From NCBI GenBank assembly GCA_028534125.1, contig CM052817.1, forward strand, positions 92,506,001-92,570,000: 64,000 nucleotides of DNA, in the 5' to 3' direction. A program made the position numbers and the translations under genes. Shown here in pieces: positions 50,013-63,939 of the stretch (position 1 is its first letter; each line of letters starts with the position of its first letter). A model generated the notes under the pieces. That model did no database searches, was not told the DNA's origin, and saw only the letters and a program-made list of their open reading frames with translations. The stretch is from Lama glama (Eukaryota).

Positions 50013-51849
50013 CGCCAGCAGGCAGTGGTGATTTCATCTCCACAAACATGGTTCTCAGACTTTTGTCAGGGATTCAAGTCTGCACTGACACAGATCAATG
50101 AAGACAATGGACTGAATTGATTCAGAAACACTCCAGGTACCTGTGCAATCCAACTCCTCAAACAAGCCCTCAACCCAGGAAGAGGAAGGGAGATGCATTT
50201 TCATTTCATTTACAGTTGCTTCCATTTATACGACGGGAAGGGGTATTGATTCCCATCTTGTCTGTGGAGGCAGGTCTGAACGTCTGAAACTGAAGGCTCA
50301 AGGCCGGCCAAGGTCAGCCACGAGAACAAGGATGCAGAAGCCCTTTCGGTGCTGCTGAGAGCAGCTCATTGATGTGAAGCCCACTGCTTCTAAGAGACGA
50401 GCCACACCCACTGCCTCGGAGAAACTTGGGCTTGACACCCCTCGGACCCCTTCTGTCAGGAGGGCCAAGTTTTGCAGGAGCCACTTACTGTCCCAAACGA
50501 CTGCCCACCCTTTTCCTAATTCACCTAACCCCCTTCTCTGCAATGAAATAACAGCATGAAATTATTATGAATTTAAAATTACATTTAAGCAATAACCTAG
50601 AATGTCTATGTAAATTATAGTACAGGTATACAATGATGCTTAGACATTTACACGTCCTCAAATAATTTTTTAATGACATGGCAAGATGTATCTAGTATGT
50701 TATGTGAAAAAAACCACAAAACTATCATTTTTGTTCTATATGATCCCACTCTGTCCAAGTACAATACTGTCTGTATTGAATTATAACATATGTATTATTT
50801 TTAAAGATTACAAAAATGAACATATTGGTGGACAAAATAATTTTACTTTCTTTTGTGTTGTTCTGTGTTTCTAAAAGTTTCTTAAATGTACATTCAATAC
50901 TTTTACAATGTAAAAAATTGTTGTTGTTGTTGTTTTCTCAATTATTTCCAACCTCCTACTTTGGGCTTCGTTTACTCAAAGAGAAAGCGTACCGTCAAGT
51001 AAATAGACGGTTACCATGTTTACAGCAAAGCTGCTGCTTCACGGCAGAGAACCACAGGTAAGTCGTCTTGTTGCTAGGATGCAGCGTGCCAGCTTGGGGT
51101 CAGTATCTAAGTGAATGGCATCCCCAAAACGAGTTCCAGTGGAGAGGGGCCTGGCCTTTGTCTTTAGAAATTCTTTTAAAATTCGTATTTTCCCTCTAGT
51201 AGACAAAGCACATCAATACAACAAATTGGTACATATTAATACACATAGGGCCATACTGCTTAACCCAACTGTAGTGACCAGGTGTTTAATAACTAGCTTA
51301 TCTTAAGACAGGAAGTTTGTAGTCCCAGGATAAAAACCACAAAAGCTGAATAAAATTAGTTTCGTTATTTTTATCACTGAGTATTCATTATATTTTATAA
51401 CTGAACATTCATTATATTTTAAGCACCCATAGTGTTTCCTTTGGCTACATATAAGCAAGACAAACAAAGAGGCAATATGTGCTCATATCTACAGAGGAAA
51501 CACCTGGAAGGGGGCACACCCAACAGTTCATACTGATGACCGCTGGAGAATGACACCAGCCTGGGAGACGTCCCCTAGGGAAGAAATCAGGAACGCTTCT
51601 GAATTATTAGAACTGCATTTTTTAAAGTAGTTGTTCTGCCGTTGGAACTATACTTTATAAAACTTTGTATTCATAATTATTTACAATTTGCATACGTTAT
51701 AATATAGCAATAATAAAAGAATAACAGAATATCACAACAAAGATCCTTCCCTAAGATTTCGTAAAAGATGAGACTACGTGACCCGTCAGCTCTGGCTACC
51801 ACTTCCTGCCACGGGCACCGGCCACCCTAAGAACCGGTCAGCCTATGAT

Positions 51850-52355
51850 GCTCGCGTTGGGGTGGGCAGGAGGACCGTCACACTGCACAAAATAAGACTG
51901 CCTTTCACTAGAGCAAACGCACGGGGCTCAGGTGTGGCCTATGTGGAAGATGAGGCCGGCCCATCACACCCTCTCAAGGGAGTCTGAGCTGAGGCAGACT
52001 AGGAGGAAAGCCAAGTAGCTAGAGAAATGGATGCTGAAAGGACTTCGTGAGAAAGGAGGGCAGCAAGCAAGCCAGATGCCACAGAGGCAGAAATACTGAG
52101 CTAAAGAAGAGATACAAAGCAGAGGCTGAGACAGCCAGCTGTCAGCAGGGTAAGTGAGCAGAAATGGAGAGGGCAGAGGAGGGACCACGCAATCGGGAGC
52201 TGAGGGGAGGCAGGGAGCCACTTCCCTTCAGCTGTCTCGCTTCCTGTCAGCTCTCCAGGCCTGGTGCCAGGTCCATGTATCCTGCCAACGAAACCCACGT
52301 ACCTGAGGTAACTTGAGTCTCTGGTCCTCGCAACCGAAAGTGCCCAACTAAAACC
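51850..52355 (+). mobile_element. Ancient ERVL LTR (LTR33-like) remnant
   Basis: 3' end cctgaggtaacttgagtctctggtcctcgcaaccgaaagtgcccaactaaaac resembles LTR33-group termini. Confidence 0.5.
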
Positions 52356-55300
52356 CTAACTACCCCCTTGGCTCCATCTGAGATAGACTATTGGTAAACG
52401 TTCCCTTTGGTAGGACAGCAAGGCGAGGGTTATGTAACACGGTGCCAAGGCATTAACAGCAAGTTAATAATACGCCTTCCAGCCTTGCATCCAAATATTC
52501 CAGAACAGATAAAACCAGAACTGTGATTAAAACAATCATGCTATTTACAGGGCAGAAATACATAGCAGCCTGGCAGTTTGTCTTGACTTTCTCACTTTGA
52601 GGGCATCCAACCTCACCTGCATTCCCTCTTCGGAAGAATTCTGAGTCTAGCTTAGCCTTAAGTCACCTGGATGAGACTAAGGTCTATTTCACAGAGACAT
52701 CTCAGCTTGTGATGGATCAAGTGAAAGCAATCTTCACCTAAGGTCTAGGTAAAGCTTTAAAGAGAAAAATCAAGCTGGAAGGACCGAAAATAAAGAGAAT
52801 CACGGTGCCAACAAGTGGGAGAAACCAAACTAGGAAGCCTGCCAAAGAGGCTTTGACTTTGCAAAGCCCGGTGTGTGGCAGCAAGTAACGTCCTTATTTT
52901 GTCAAGTTATATATTATGACCTGATGTGTTTTTCAATATGTGGAAACGACCTGCAAATGTAGGTGAGTCCCTTATGGAATACATTAAATCCAATTAAGAT
53001 TTCTTGAGAAACAGTGCAGGAATGGCCTGGAAATAGCTTGTATACTACTCTGAAAAATGTCAATAATGGATGGAAAAAAGGATCACCAGCAATAATGGAA
53101 AGCAGTGTACTGTGGGGTAAGGGGAGATAACCTTTGCAAAGTGATTTCAAAGTCATTTCCAAGAAACTGTTGTTTTTCATGCTATAAACCTGACACAAAA
53201 GACACAGAGAAGGATGACAACCAATTGTGTGATATTAGCAATGTCATGGACTCATGTATCTTCAAGCAGAGACTGACGAAGGAAGATGAAAGGTGGGGGA
53301 AATTATTTTTTATATTATTGTTTTATTAATGAGTAGGGGAAATGAAAGTAATGAGGGTCTTGTTATGTTTCTTTCACCTTGAATTACATCTCCTATACCT
53401 AGCTCCTTAATCTCTAAGCAAATATGATAGATGCACACGAAAATGTATACACATATATACATACATAGTTTGCACACATATATATGCATATACACATATG
53501 ACAGTCTGCTCATTTAAAATGAGTTTAGAGCAGTGAAGGGTCTTAAAAAAACCCTCAAATTTTGGTTTCTATCTTTGGATTTAATGAAACACAATATGCA
53601 TAAAAGAATAGGATTAAATCAAAATCAATATTCTCAGATCTTTACAAATAATCACCTTCGAGAACTCCTTTAATGCAGTGTTTCTCAACCAATACACTTT
53701 TTGAATAAACATAAAAGTTCCACTCTCTCCCTCAGATTCTGTTATGTGACCCTAAATGCCCTGATTCTGTACAGAATCAGCATATGTTCCGTGAATCCAA
53801 AAGATACAGACAGAAGATTTTTGCCTCAACTTTTCTTTCTGTCATTTGTATTGGGAGGGAGGTGGGAAGAGGGAGAAATACATGGAAAAGTGGAAAAGCC
53901 TAAGTTTGAAAATTTTTCCAGTTATAAATTAACAGCGTTTATGATGCTGTTTCAAACAGCACAGGCTTCTTAGGGGACAGCTATCACACGAATGGGTCTG
54001 GAATGCCGATGATTCTTCCTCGATGGCTAATTCACCAGCCCTTCTCCTTTTAGACACGACTCTCCTTTTCCTGCTGTGACAATATCTCATTTACGGCTCT
54101 GGGACTAACTTCTCAGCAGCATGTCCGCTGTGACCCCGGGTGGCAAGGAGGCAAAGGCTGTGGGAGAAGCCGGCAGCAGGAGGCATGTCATCACCACGCT
54201 TCCAGGCTTCAGAACCTCTCCTCTGCCGGTGGAGGGCCGGGGCCTCTGAAACCTAGACCTCAGATCAGGAGAACAGATTCTTTCCACGGCTCTGTCTAGG
54301 CGTGAAGATTATATGATCAGGAAAGGTGTGCTCTTGAGGCGCTCAGGGTTTCCCCCAGGGGCAACCAGTGCATTCTCTGAGACGAGACAGGAGAGCAGGG
54401 CTCTGGGTGCCTCCAGGTGCCCAGCCCTTAACTGTCTGGCAGGAGGCACGGCTTCCCAGTGGTGCCCAGGAAGACAGTGACACAGACTCCCTGAGGGCAG
54501 CTGGGCGGGGCCTTGCCCACATGTCATGCAAATACTCCCACTTCCTTAGTGTGCAATGATGTGAAAATAGGTGGAAAGCTCTGGATTAGATGAAACAAAG
54601 CGAGAAGTCTTTAAGATAACAGCACATTGCAAAATTCCTATACATTCACTTTTGATATATACAGACATCATTCAATTGAATTGATAGTATGTCGTTCTGC
54701 AAGAATCTGCCTATAAAAATACATTAAACATGCTCTACTTTATTTGAATGCAATATGTATTTTCTCTCTCTCTTTTTTTTTTTTACAGGAAGAATACATC
54801 TAGCTGTGTATGTTGGGACGTGACTCATGTGACATTTGCCTCATCTTGGCTTCCCTTTCTGTTCATTCTTTGAAAATTTTTATTAGACCAGAAAAATCCC
54901 CTTGTAAAAGTTTTAGGATCTCTGATCCTCATTCCTCACTCCTCTGAATGGACCTCAAGGAAAAGCGAGTCAGGGCCACCCTGTGTAACCTATGGCCAGG
55001 GTCTCAGGCCTCCTGGCTCTTCCCGGAAGGTCCAATGAATAAACCACCACAAAGACCTAACATTTTCACAATAAGCAAGCCAAGAGGTTAGGAAATTACC
55101 AACACGCCTGTTTCAAATAATTTCCAAAAAGATCATCGGGAAACCCCTAGAAAAACTAAGCCCTTTCACACTTGGGAGAGTGCCAGAGTACAAAGGAAAC
55201 ACTTAGATTGCACTGGTCTGCCTCCTTGGTGGGAGTGAGAACGTTTCCAACACGGCAGGGCCCACCAGGGCTGCACAAAGTAGTCACAAGTGGTGAGTTC

Positions 55301-55625
55301 AAGTTCCCACCTTCCCACTCACAAGCTGTGTGACTTCCAACAAGTCACCTGGCCTCTCTGTGCCCTACTCTCCTGCCACTAAGTTAGAGATCATTCATCT
55401 CCTCTGCCAGTCTCCCAGGTTGTTGGGAAAATCAGGTGACATATGTGCATAAAAATGCCACATGAACTGCAGAGTATCTTGTCCATGTAATGTATGCAGG
55501 ATTTTTTTTAAAATAATGTTTAATTTTACAGCATGAAAGGAGCTTTAGGTCATAACACTTCCATATTCTATTATAGAGGAGACTGAATGACAGATGAAAA
55601 AGTGCCTGCCAAGCTTATGAGGGTT

Positions 55626-55815
55626 CTTTTTTTCCTTTATGGAAGTATAGCTGATTTACAGTGTTATGTTGGTTTCAGGTGTACAGCAAAGTGATTTGGT
55701 TAATATATCTATGCTTTTTCAGATTCTTTTCCATTATAGGTTATTACAAGATACTGAATATAGCTCCCTGTGCTATACTTGTTGTTTATCTTGTTTATAC
55801 CTGGTAGTGTGTATA
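55626..55815 (-). mobile_element. Artiodactyl-type L1 3' end (sense to TBC1D9)
   Basis: ggaagtatagctgatttacagtgttatgttggtttcaggtgtacagcaaagtgatt...ataggttattacaagatactgaatatagctccctgtgctatac; near-TSD gccaag(c/g)ttatg at 55608-55619 and 55816-55827. Confidence 0.88.
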
Positions 55816-57544
55816 GCCAAGGTTATGTTTTGACTCTTAGTAAGTAGTTACCATGGTTATTAGCACCCAGAAGAGGTGAAGGAATAACTATGGTCTCATT
55901 CCTGCAGGCACAGGTTTTCATCTTTATCATCACGAAATGGACACTGAGCACCAAGGAGAGGCTACTTTGCTGGGCAATGGAATTAGAATCTATCTCTACT
56001 GTCTCTGAGGAGACCAGGATCCGGTTGGGGAGGCAGAAGCACCACATACAAATGGCAACCATTAAAGTGATCATTTGCTCAGGTGGTTCAAGGGTACGTG
56101 CAACAGATGCTAAAAGGTGATCACCCAGGGCTGGGGTGCTCGCGTGAGAGACTGTTTTGAACAGCATTCTAGAGTTGGACTTTGTAGAAGATAGCACTTC
56201 AAAGCACTGAGAACCTGGGTGGAACCCCAGTCTGACTTGCACCCTAGGATCATGACCTTGAACCGAGGTATATAATTTGTAAAAAAATCACAGTTTCTTC
56301 ATCCATACAATGAAGGTAATAGTATCTTCCTGACAGGGTTGCGGTGGGGAGTAAAGGACCCAAGGCGTATGAAACATACAGTGCCGGCACTGGGGAAGGA
56401 TTCAGCAATCGTACTGCTGGTGGTTGCTGAAATGTGGCAAGGCAGCCCAGCACAGCGGGAAGGCACATGGCCTGTCTGGGGAGTGACTGCGGGTCTGGAG
56501 GAAGGAGCAGATCGCGGTTTGGCGGCCCCATGCTGCACTGTTTGGACTTTGTAAGAACTGGGCATCACATGTGTTGTGTAGAAATCTCTCTGGCTGCAGC
56601 GTGGAGTTGTTAGGGGAGGGGGAACAGAAACAGGAAAACTGCTTAGGGAACTATCAGGAGGAGGAGATGTATTGAGTCCCTTCTGTCATAACAGGTACTG
56701 TCCTTACACAGGATCACCTCTTTCATCCTTGCAAAAAACCAGCAAGGTATTATCCGCATGTCACAGATGAGGAAATGGAGGCTCGGAGACATTCAGTGAG
56801 TGAAGCCAGGATGCGTTAACTGTCCAAGCGAGTCCACTAAGCTGCTTCCCGCACGCAGGGTGACGAGGGCCGCTTTGTGGCAGGTGCAGCAAGAGAAACC
56901 GGGCATCACTGCGTTACTTCAGTGGTAACACTGGCCACCCCAGGGAAGGTGGCAAATTCTCTGCTGTTATTTCTATTAGGAAGAAGCCTTCTTAATCCAC
57001 TCTTTCTCTTCGGGGTGGGGGTAGGGGGAGAGGCAGGGAGACTAACCTTTGAAGAGCTGGTTTCCAAGGCTGCCCAAAAGCTTCTACTGACAGTGGCAAG
57101 TTCAGGGCTCACAAGTTCATTATTTTCTGCTTATTCTCCAGACAGGAACCAGGGACCCTGTGGGTGGGACCAGAGACCAGTGTGTGTGTACACCCCAGGG
57201 GGAGCCACTGTGGCCTGGCCAGCACACACAGCTCCTCTCCTGGTTCCTAGAAGGTGCTTTCTCTCTGAGAAGAATGTCCTCACTATAGCTCGGCCAGCCT
57301 GCAAAGGAAGTTTCCAGAATTACCCTGGTACCTAACTGGCAATAGACAACTAAATCCAAAGAGTGGGGAAGACTTTAGAGAGCCTAAGGGTCTGGGGAGC
57401 AGAGTCCACGTTTCCACTAGAAGCCTTGTTTATAACATGCTAGTTGGAGAAATGAAATCAAATGTACTACACATGCCAAGCATATGTATATCATTCCAAC
57501 TGACTTTTCAAACCACCACCAAACAACTCCGCTAATGCTAACAG

Positions 57545-57780
57545 CAGAGGCCATATGTCAGCTGCTCTCCTAATCACTTTACATGCGTTTTTTAATTCAA
57601 TCCTCACAACATCCTATGACATGTATGCAACTATTATCCCTACTTGATGGATGAGAAATCTGGGGCTCAGGGAAGTGAAGCCACTTGCCCAGCCGGCACA
57701 CAGCCACTTGGGGACGGGGGGGCAGCCCTGATCACCGGGCCCAGGATAGGGCACCAAAGCCTGTGCCAGTTTCACTGTAT
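57545..57780 (-). mobile_element. MIR SINE fossil
   Basis: cactttacatgc...aatcctcacaacatcctatgac...ctattatccc...gatgagaaatctggggctcagggaagtgaag. Confidence 0.8.
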
Positions 57781-60700
57781 CAGCTCCTGTAATCGTCTCC
57801 TTAAGGGAGCTGAGGCTGTTCAAAGGCAAGTGGTACAAATAAAGGAGCAATAATAAGGGCTTCTTCTAGCTCCCGGAAAATTCAATCTGATTTCATCCCT
57901 TACGTACATTAGATCCCACTGCATCCTTCCCATTTCCATTTTTTAAACTGACAATCTATAAAAATGGCAGTGTTCTCTTTAACCCCCACTTGTATAACTG
58001 TTAGAAATTTTCATAAAGAAAGATGCTTCCCAGTCAGGATGAAACACTGACAGCAGGCATCACCTCAGAAACCATGAGGCAGCTGAGAGCACTGGTGAGC
58101 CTATTGCTGACCCAGATGTAGCCCCCTGCCAGGGTGCCTGCAGGGGTCCATAAGAATTCCTTCACCACCTCTCCTTCTCCAACCACCTAAATCCCTGAAT
58201 GGAGGAACACAACACACCGGCCCTTGGCTACAGGCTCTGTGTTGTGGCAAAGAGTATTTGATGAACTGCCACCTTCCTGCTCGTCTTATTCATATCGAGA
58301 TCATCCTGGCCCAGGGTCTAGAACGATTCTCCTGTGGCTGACGTCTGTCTTGGTATCCTGCCCAACATTCCAATTCCCTGAGCACATCGTCTCCCTGCTT
58401 GCTAACACCTGCGCATCTCTGCCTAGGTCTTAACCAGCTGCCTTCCGCTGACACTTTCTCAGACTGCACATCTAGCCTCAGTGGGTCTCAGTTGCTAACT
58501 CCATTCTCCCAGGGCCGGCCTGTCCCATCTCCAACCCAGGATTTATCCCACCCCTGTCCTGGTTTCCTGTAAGGCCTGGAGCCTATCTTTCAATCAATGA
58601 AAGTAGTAAGCAATGCCCAATTCAAAGGCGTAGAGGATCTTTGGGGGAGGAGAGATTTACTCAAGCCAAGCTTCAACCATCAGAATAGCTCCGAATGACA
58701 TAAAATGCAAGAAGGGAACATAGTATCACTTGGGTATATGGACCAATTACTGTTTGTCAAAGTGACCAACCACAGATGCCATGACTAAAAAAGCTATTTG
58801 GTCATTTGAGAAGTTCCACTGATCGCTGATCATTCTGCATCTCCACTCATTCATTTCCCATAAGTGGGGGGGGGGAACCTCAGAAATAAAGAAGGAGCAG
58901 AGACAATGTAAACTACACCCAAGTGTGGTTGTTGAAATCCTTTCCATTAACCCCTCCATCTGGCTCTATAAACAGGTAGATAACTGTCATAATAAAGCCA
59001 AGACCAAAAATACCTTTATTCAGTCTGAACTGAGGTTAGAGACCTAAACGTGCCTCCAATAGATAATTCATTTATCATTCAATCGTTCATTCATCCAGCA
59101 AACATTTACACAGTGACTTAACACACGTCTGGTATGCGGCTGGGTCAAGGTAATGCTATGTTGATCTTAAGAAACCTTTGGTTTAGTGGAGAGTAACCAG
59201 TCTGGCAAAAAATACATGACAGATACCACTATGACTCTGGCCTCATAATAATATTTCTTAAAAGTGATACTTTTGTCCACTTTTTGACTGTTATTAAAAC
59301 AAACCCTTATTTTCTGCTCCATGCTGGAGTTATTTACTTGTTTGTTCGTCTTCATTCTACTTTGAAAAGGCACCCATCACCATTTTGTCTGATATGTCAT
59401 CATCCTCCCCCCTCCCAAGTGTGCCTCTGATTGGCCCCACTTCCTTCCTTCCCAGAATATTAGGTTCTTCTGGTTATTTCTCCTCCCTGGTCACTGAATT
59501 AGGGCTAATGAATCTTTGGGGTTCTCTCTCATCATCTTTCACTCTTTCTCTTTCCTCCTTGCCCCCCTCTTCTTCATTTCTTTCAAGTTCTTTTGGGAGG
59601 GAGGGGGTGAGCTTTTTATTTTTCTTAGACTATCAAATTACACTATATGATGTAAATCATGGTACTTATTCATTAGAGTTCTTTCCAATGAGAAAGGCCA
59701 CACTACATCTGACTGGTCATGGCATCCTGAATTACAAACTCTAGTAATTCCTAGTAATTAACCCTTCTATGCCGTGAACTCTCAGGTTCTCTTCTCAAGA
59801 CCCTGAGTGGTAGGCATAAAGAAAAAGATGTCCAGATACCACCACTTAATCATTACGACCTTCTTTGAAGGTTTAACATGAGAAGGCATCAACAGAACCA
59901 GCCTCAAACTAACCGATTCACGTCATTACTTTGCAGTCTTTGATAGCTTCCTTCCAATCTAGACAGGCTCTTGGAATCACTGAAATCAGAAAATATTAAT
60001 GTATGGGTGCCAAAAAAAGTCAAGTTTAATAATTACAAAGTGCTACCTTTTAACTATACAAGTAGCATCACTTTCTGAATAACGTTAACAAAAGCCACAA
60101 AAATAATTGATGGTATATTTGTGAAATGTTCCTGATTAACGCAAACAGGCACAATTAATGGAAGGTCACTGCACAGGTTCCAGGATCATTTGGCCATTTC
60201 TGCTCTACTTTTCTCTCTTACCACCCTCTCAAAAATTGCCCAAGAACAGGAGACAGGATACAGGATACAGGACAAGGACAGAGTTGGTCTGTTACTGGTT
60301 CACAGGCAACTGAAAATGCCCTCATCCAGCTTTAGGTCTCTAAAGCTAAGCTATCAACAAGAATGACACAGGATGAGCCACAGTGAGTGCCTATGTCATG
60401 GGGCTATGACAGAGCCCAGGACAGCAACCTCATCAGCGCTGGTGAGTCAGCTTTTAGAAAGATTTTTTTCCCAAAAAAATTACCTTTGAATCTGGGAGTA
60501 GGAAGGCTTTCTAACTATGCCTCACAATCCAAAAAAAGATTATTTAAAAAAAAAAGAGATATTCTTCTACAAAACCCCCGAACCTCTACATGGCAAAAAC
60601 ACTATGTGTTAAGTCAAAAGACAAAATGGGAGAAAGAACGGGGAGATGCAACTCAGATCACAGACAAAGGGCTCACATCCCCAACATATAAAGTAGTTCC

Positions 60701-60930
60701 TAAATGTTAGTGAAAAAAAGAACAGCCACCCAATAAGAAGCAGGCAAAGAACAATAACCGTTTACAGAAGAGGAAATAGAAATAGCTTGTAAATACATGA
60801 AAAAATGTTCAACATCACAAATAAGAGAAATGCAAACTAGAAATACACTGAGGTACCATTTTCACTGATCCAAGTAGCAAGAATCCAAACTGTCTGATAA
60901 CACATTCTCTTGCATGAGACTTGGAAAACA

Positions 60931-61623
60931 TATGATAGGAATGTAGTTTGGTGTAGCCATTACGGGAAACAGTATGGAGATTCCTCAAAAAACTAAAAAT
61001 AGACTTACCATGTGATCCAGCAATCCCACTCCTGGGCATATATCTGGAAGGAACTCTAATTCGAAAAGACACATATATCCCAGTGCCCACAGCAGCACTA
61101 TTTACAATAGCCAAGACATGAAAACAACCTAAATGTCCACCAACAGACAACTGGATAAAGAAGTTGTGGTATGTTTATACAATGGAATACTACTCAACCA
61201 TAAAAAAATAAAATTATGCCATTTGCAGCAATATGGACAGACCCCAAGATCATCATTCTAAGTGAAGTAAGCCAGAAAGAGAGAAAAATTCCATATGATA
61301 TCACTCATATGTATAATCTTAAAAAAAAAAAAAAAAGACACAAGTGAACTTAGTTGCAAAACATAAGTTACAAAACAGAAACAGACTCACGGACATAGAA
61401 AACAAACTTATAGTTACCAGGGAGGAAAAGGGGTGGGAAGGGATAGATTGGGAGTTTGAGATTTGCATATATTAACTACTATATATAAAATACATACAAC
61501 AGTATATACTACCTACTACATATAAAATAAATAGCAAGTTTTTTTACTGTATAGCACAGGGAACTATATTCAGTATTTTATAGTAACTTATAATGAAAAA
61601 GAATATGAAAAGAAAAAAAAAAA
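60931..61623 (+). mobile_element. Younger lineage-specific L1 (ORF2 end and 3' UTR), nested
   Basis: ggaaacagtatggagattcctcaaaaaactaaaaatagacttaccatgtgatccagcaatcccactcctgggcatatatc...; imperfect TSD aga(c)ttggaaaa on both sides. Confidence 0.92.
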
Positions 61624-61994
61624 GATTGGAAAAACCGGCACTCCTCACACATTGCTTGTGGGAGTGAAACGTGGTAAAACCTCAAGGGCGGATGATTTGG
61701 CAAGGTCTACCAAAATTCCAAATGCACTTATCCAGTGGCCCGGCAACTTCACTTCTTGGTATTTGTTCTACAGATATGTTCCACTTGGCTAAATGACATG
61801 TACAAGGTTATTTATTGTAGCATTAATTTTATAGTAAACATTTGAAAATAACATAAATAGCTATTAATAGGGAAGCGGTTAAATAAATGATGGCACTGCC
61901 ATATCATGGAATAAGAGGCAGCCATACAAAAGAAAAAAGAATGGCGACCTTCTACGTCTCGCTATAGGAAAATAGATGTTCACTGAAAGAGTGC

Positions 61995-62092
61995 GACAAA
62001 TACATGTATGTATATGCATGACTGGGGCATTGTGCTGTACACTAGAAATTGACACACCGTAACTGATGGTACTTCAATAAAAAAAAAAAGAA
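61995..62092 (+). mobile_element. Terminal ~100 bp of lineage-specific L1 with A-tail
   Basis: atgtatgtatatgcatgactggggcattgtgctgtacactagaaattgacacaccgtaactgatggtacttcaataaaaaa. Confidence 0.88.
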
Positions 62093-63539
62093 AAGAAAGT
62101 GTGGTGGTGCAGGACAAGCTTTCTGTACAAAGGGCTGGGGGGAGGGTGGGATGTGGCTCTATTTGGTATTTGTTTGAATGTGCAAAAAGGATCTGGGGAA
62201 GATACACAAAAAATGGATACAGTGGTTACAAGAGAACAGGGCTGAGATGTTTTCCACTGTATACATTTTAATATCTTTGGAGTTTTGAACCATATGAATA
62301 TGTTATTACTCAAAATTTATTTAAATTATAAAAAGTATCTCTGTGATTGTGTCAAAGCGTCTTTTGCTCAGCACGTTAATAAACCATCAACCTCAAGAAT
62401 TAGGGGAGGCTTGAGGGAGAGCCGCTAAGGGTTATCATTTGCAATCTCTTCTCAAAAGTTTCCCAAATGTGAAGACCTTAAAGGTAGAATCATTCTCACA
62501 GTCCTCCTCAGTACTACTTTTCCTTCAAATGGTGTGATTTAAATACTCACGCACATAAAGCCAATTATAAACTTCTCATGCTCAAAACTTACTTATAGTT
62601 ACAAAACCAAAATATGCTCACAAATCAACCACAGCAAAATTATACAACCAACATAAGTCTGAAATAACCACATTAACTAATGGTGAAAGATGAGGTTGTT
62701 TTGCTGAAACTAACTTAGATGAGGAATTCTGTACAGGCTCTCTGGGCTCACTGTGTCACCTTCTCTTAAGCAATGTGGTGACTCTGCCACCATTTTCCTC
62801 TATTCAAATTCAGGAAACCTTTGTATCCTGTGTTGAGAAATCATCTGACTCTCTTCTGGTCAAATGCATTGTGTACTATTCAAGCTGGCCATTTTTCCAG
62901 TGGCTCAAAAACAATTGATCTGGAGCCATCACAATCATAAATCCAAGCGCTAACTTGAGTGTGTCCATCATAAGGTGGTCATAGCAATAACCCAGAATAA
63001 CATGTATTGACTTTGATTAGTATTGTTCATTACTAACAGGATAAAAATGAAAATATCAAACTTTAAAATTATGGTAAGAATTCAGGCTGACAATGTGCAC
63101 AGACCTCCCGCAGTTCGCAGCTGCAAAATTAGCTATAAAATTAGCTGCAAAAAAACAGCTGTAATTAGTTAATACATTAAAGGGGCAGTGCCTCTATTCA
63201 CGGCCCCAGTTGAAGACTCTTTGCCTTGGACTTGATGTTCAAGCCTCTGAGAGGTCAGACTCTTTGGCCCCTGAGTCTGCCTTCACCTCCGATTCTTCTT
63301 TTGTGTCACTGCCCACAGCTATGAAGCAGCTCAGCCCCATTCCTGTGCCCATTTGCAGGCTCTCAAACTCCATTCTGGGGCAAGAGTCTCAAACCGCCTA
63401 CGGCCTAGCGATGAGAGGGATGAGAGTGTAGATCACCTGAGTGATGACATAATTCCCATTTAGCACAAATATCAATTCCCCATAGAGGGCACACGCATTC
63501 CAACCTGCATTTCAAAGCCTCTCGCATTAAGTCTTGACA

Positions 63540-63730
63540 AAACCCAAGAAACTAATTTCAGTACTAGACATCTGTACAGATGCTTGCTGAATCCAGTCTC
63601 CCAGGCATAGGGATGATGTCATATATTTTTCATCTTAAGTGCCTAACATGTGGTAAGCGCCTAATATCTGTCCGATGGATGAATGAGGGAGTGAGTGAAT
63701 GGATGAATAAATGAATAAAAATAAGTGATG
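63540..63730. mobile_element. L2 3' end
   Basis: gtgcctaacatgtggtaagcgcctaatatctg...gatgaatgagggagtgagtgaatggatgaat. Confidence 0.7.
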
Positions 63731-63939
63731 AATTAGCCAGAGAGTAAAACTAGGGAAAAGGCAAAAAAATTTAAAAAATTTTTTAAAAGCAAGCTCATTT
63801 AACTACCGCATGCACCTGAAACATCAGGCGGCCTCTTTTTCACATCTCTAGTGCCCCTCTGATCACCAACAGAAGCAGTGGTACCCTTTTGGAATTAAAA
63901 TTGTTCTCCACATATAAACTTCTTTAAAAACCACAGTCA

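Larger units (their letters stand above)
60480..62335 (+). mobile_element. Old L1M element hosting two younger nested L1 inserts
   Basis: aaatacatgaaaaaatgttcaacatcac...aaatgcaaactagaaatacactgaggtaccatttt before the insert; resumes at 61635 with ggcactcctcacacattgcttgtgggagtg. Confidence 0.8.
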
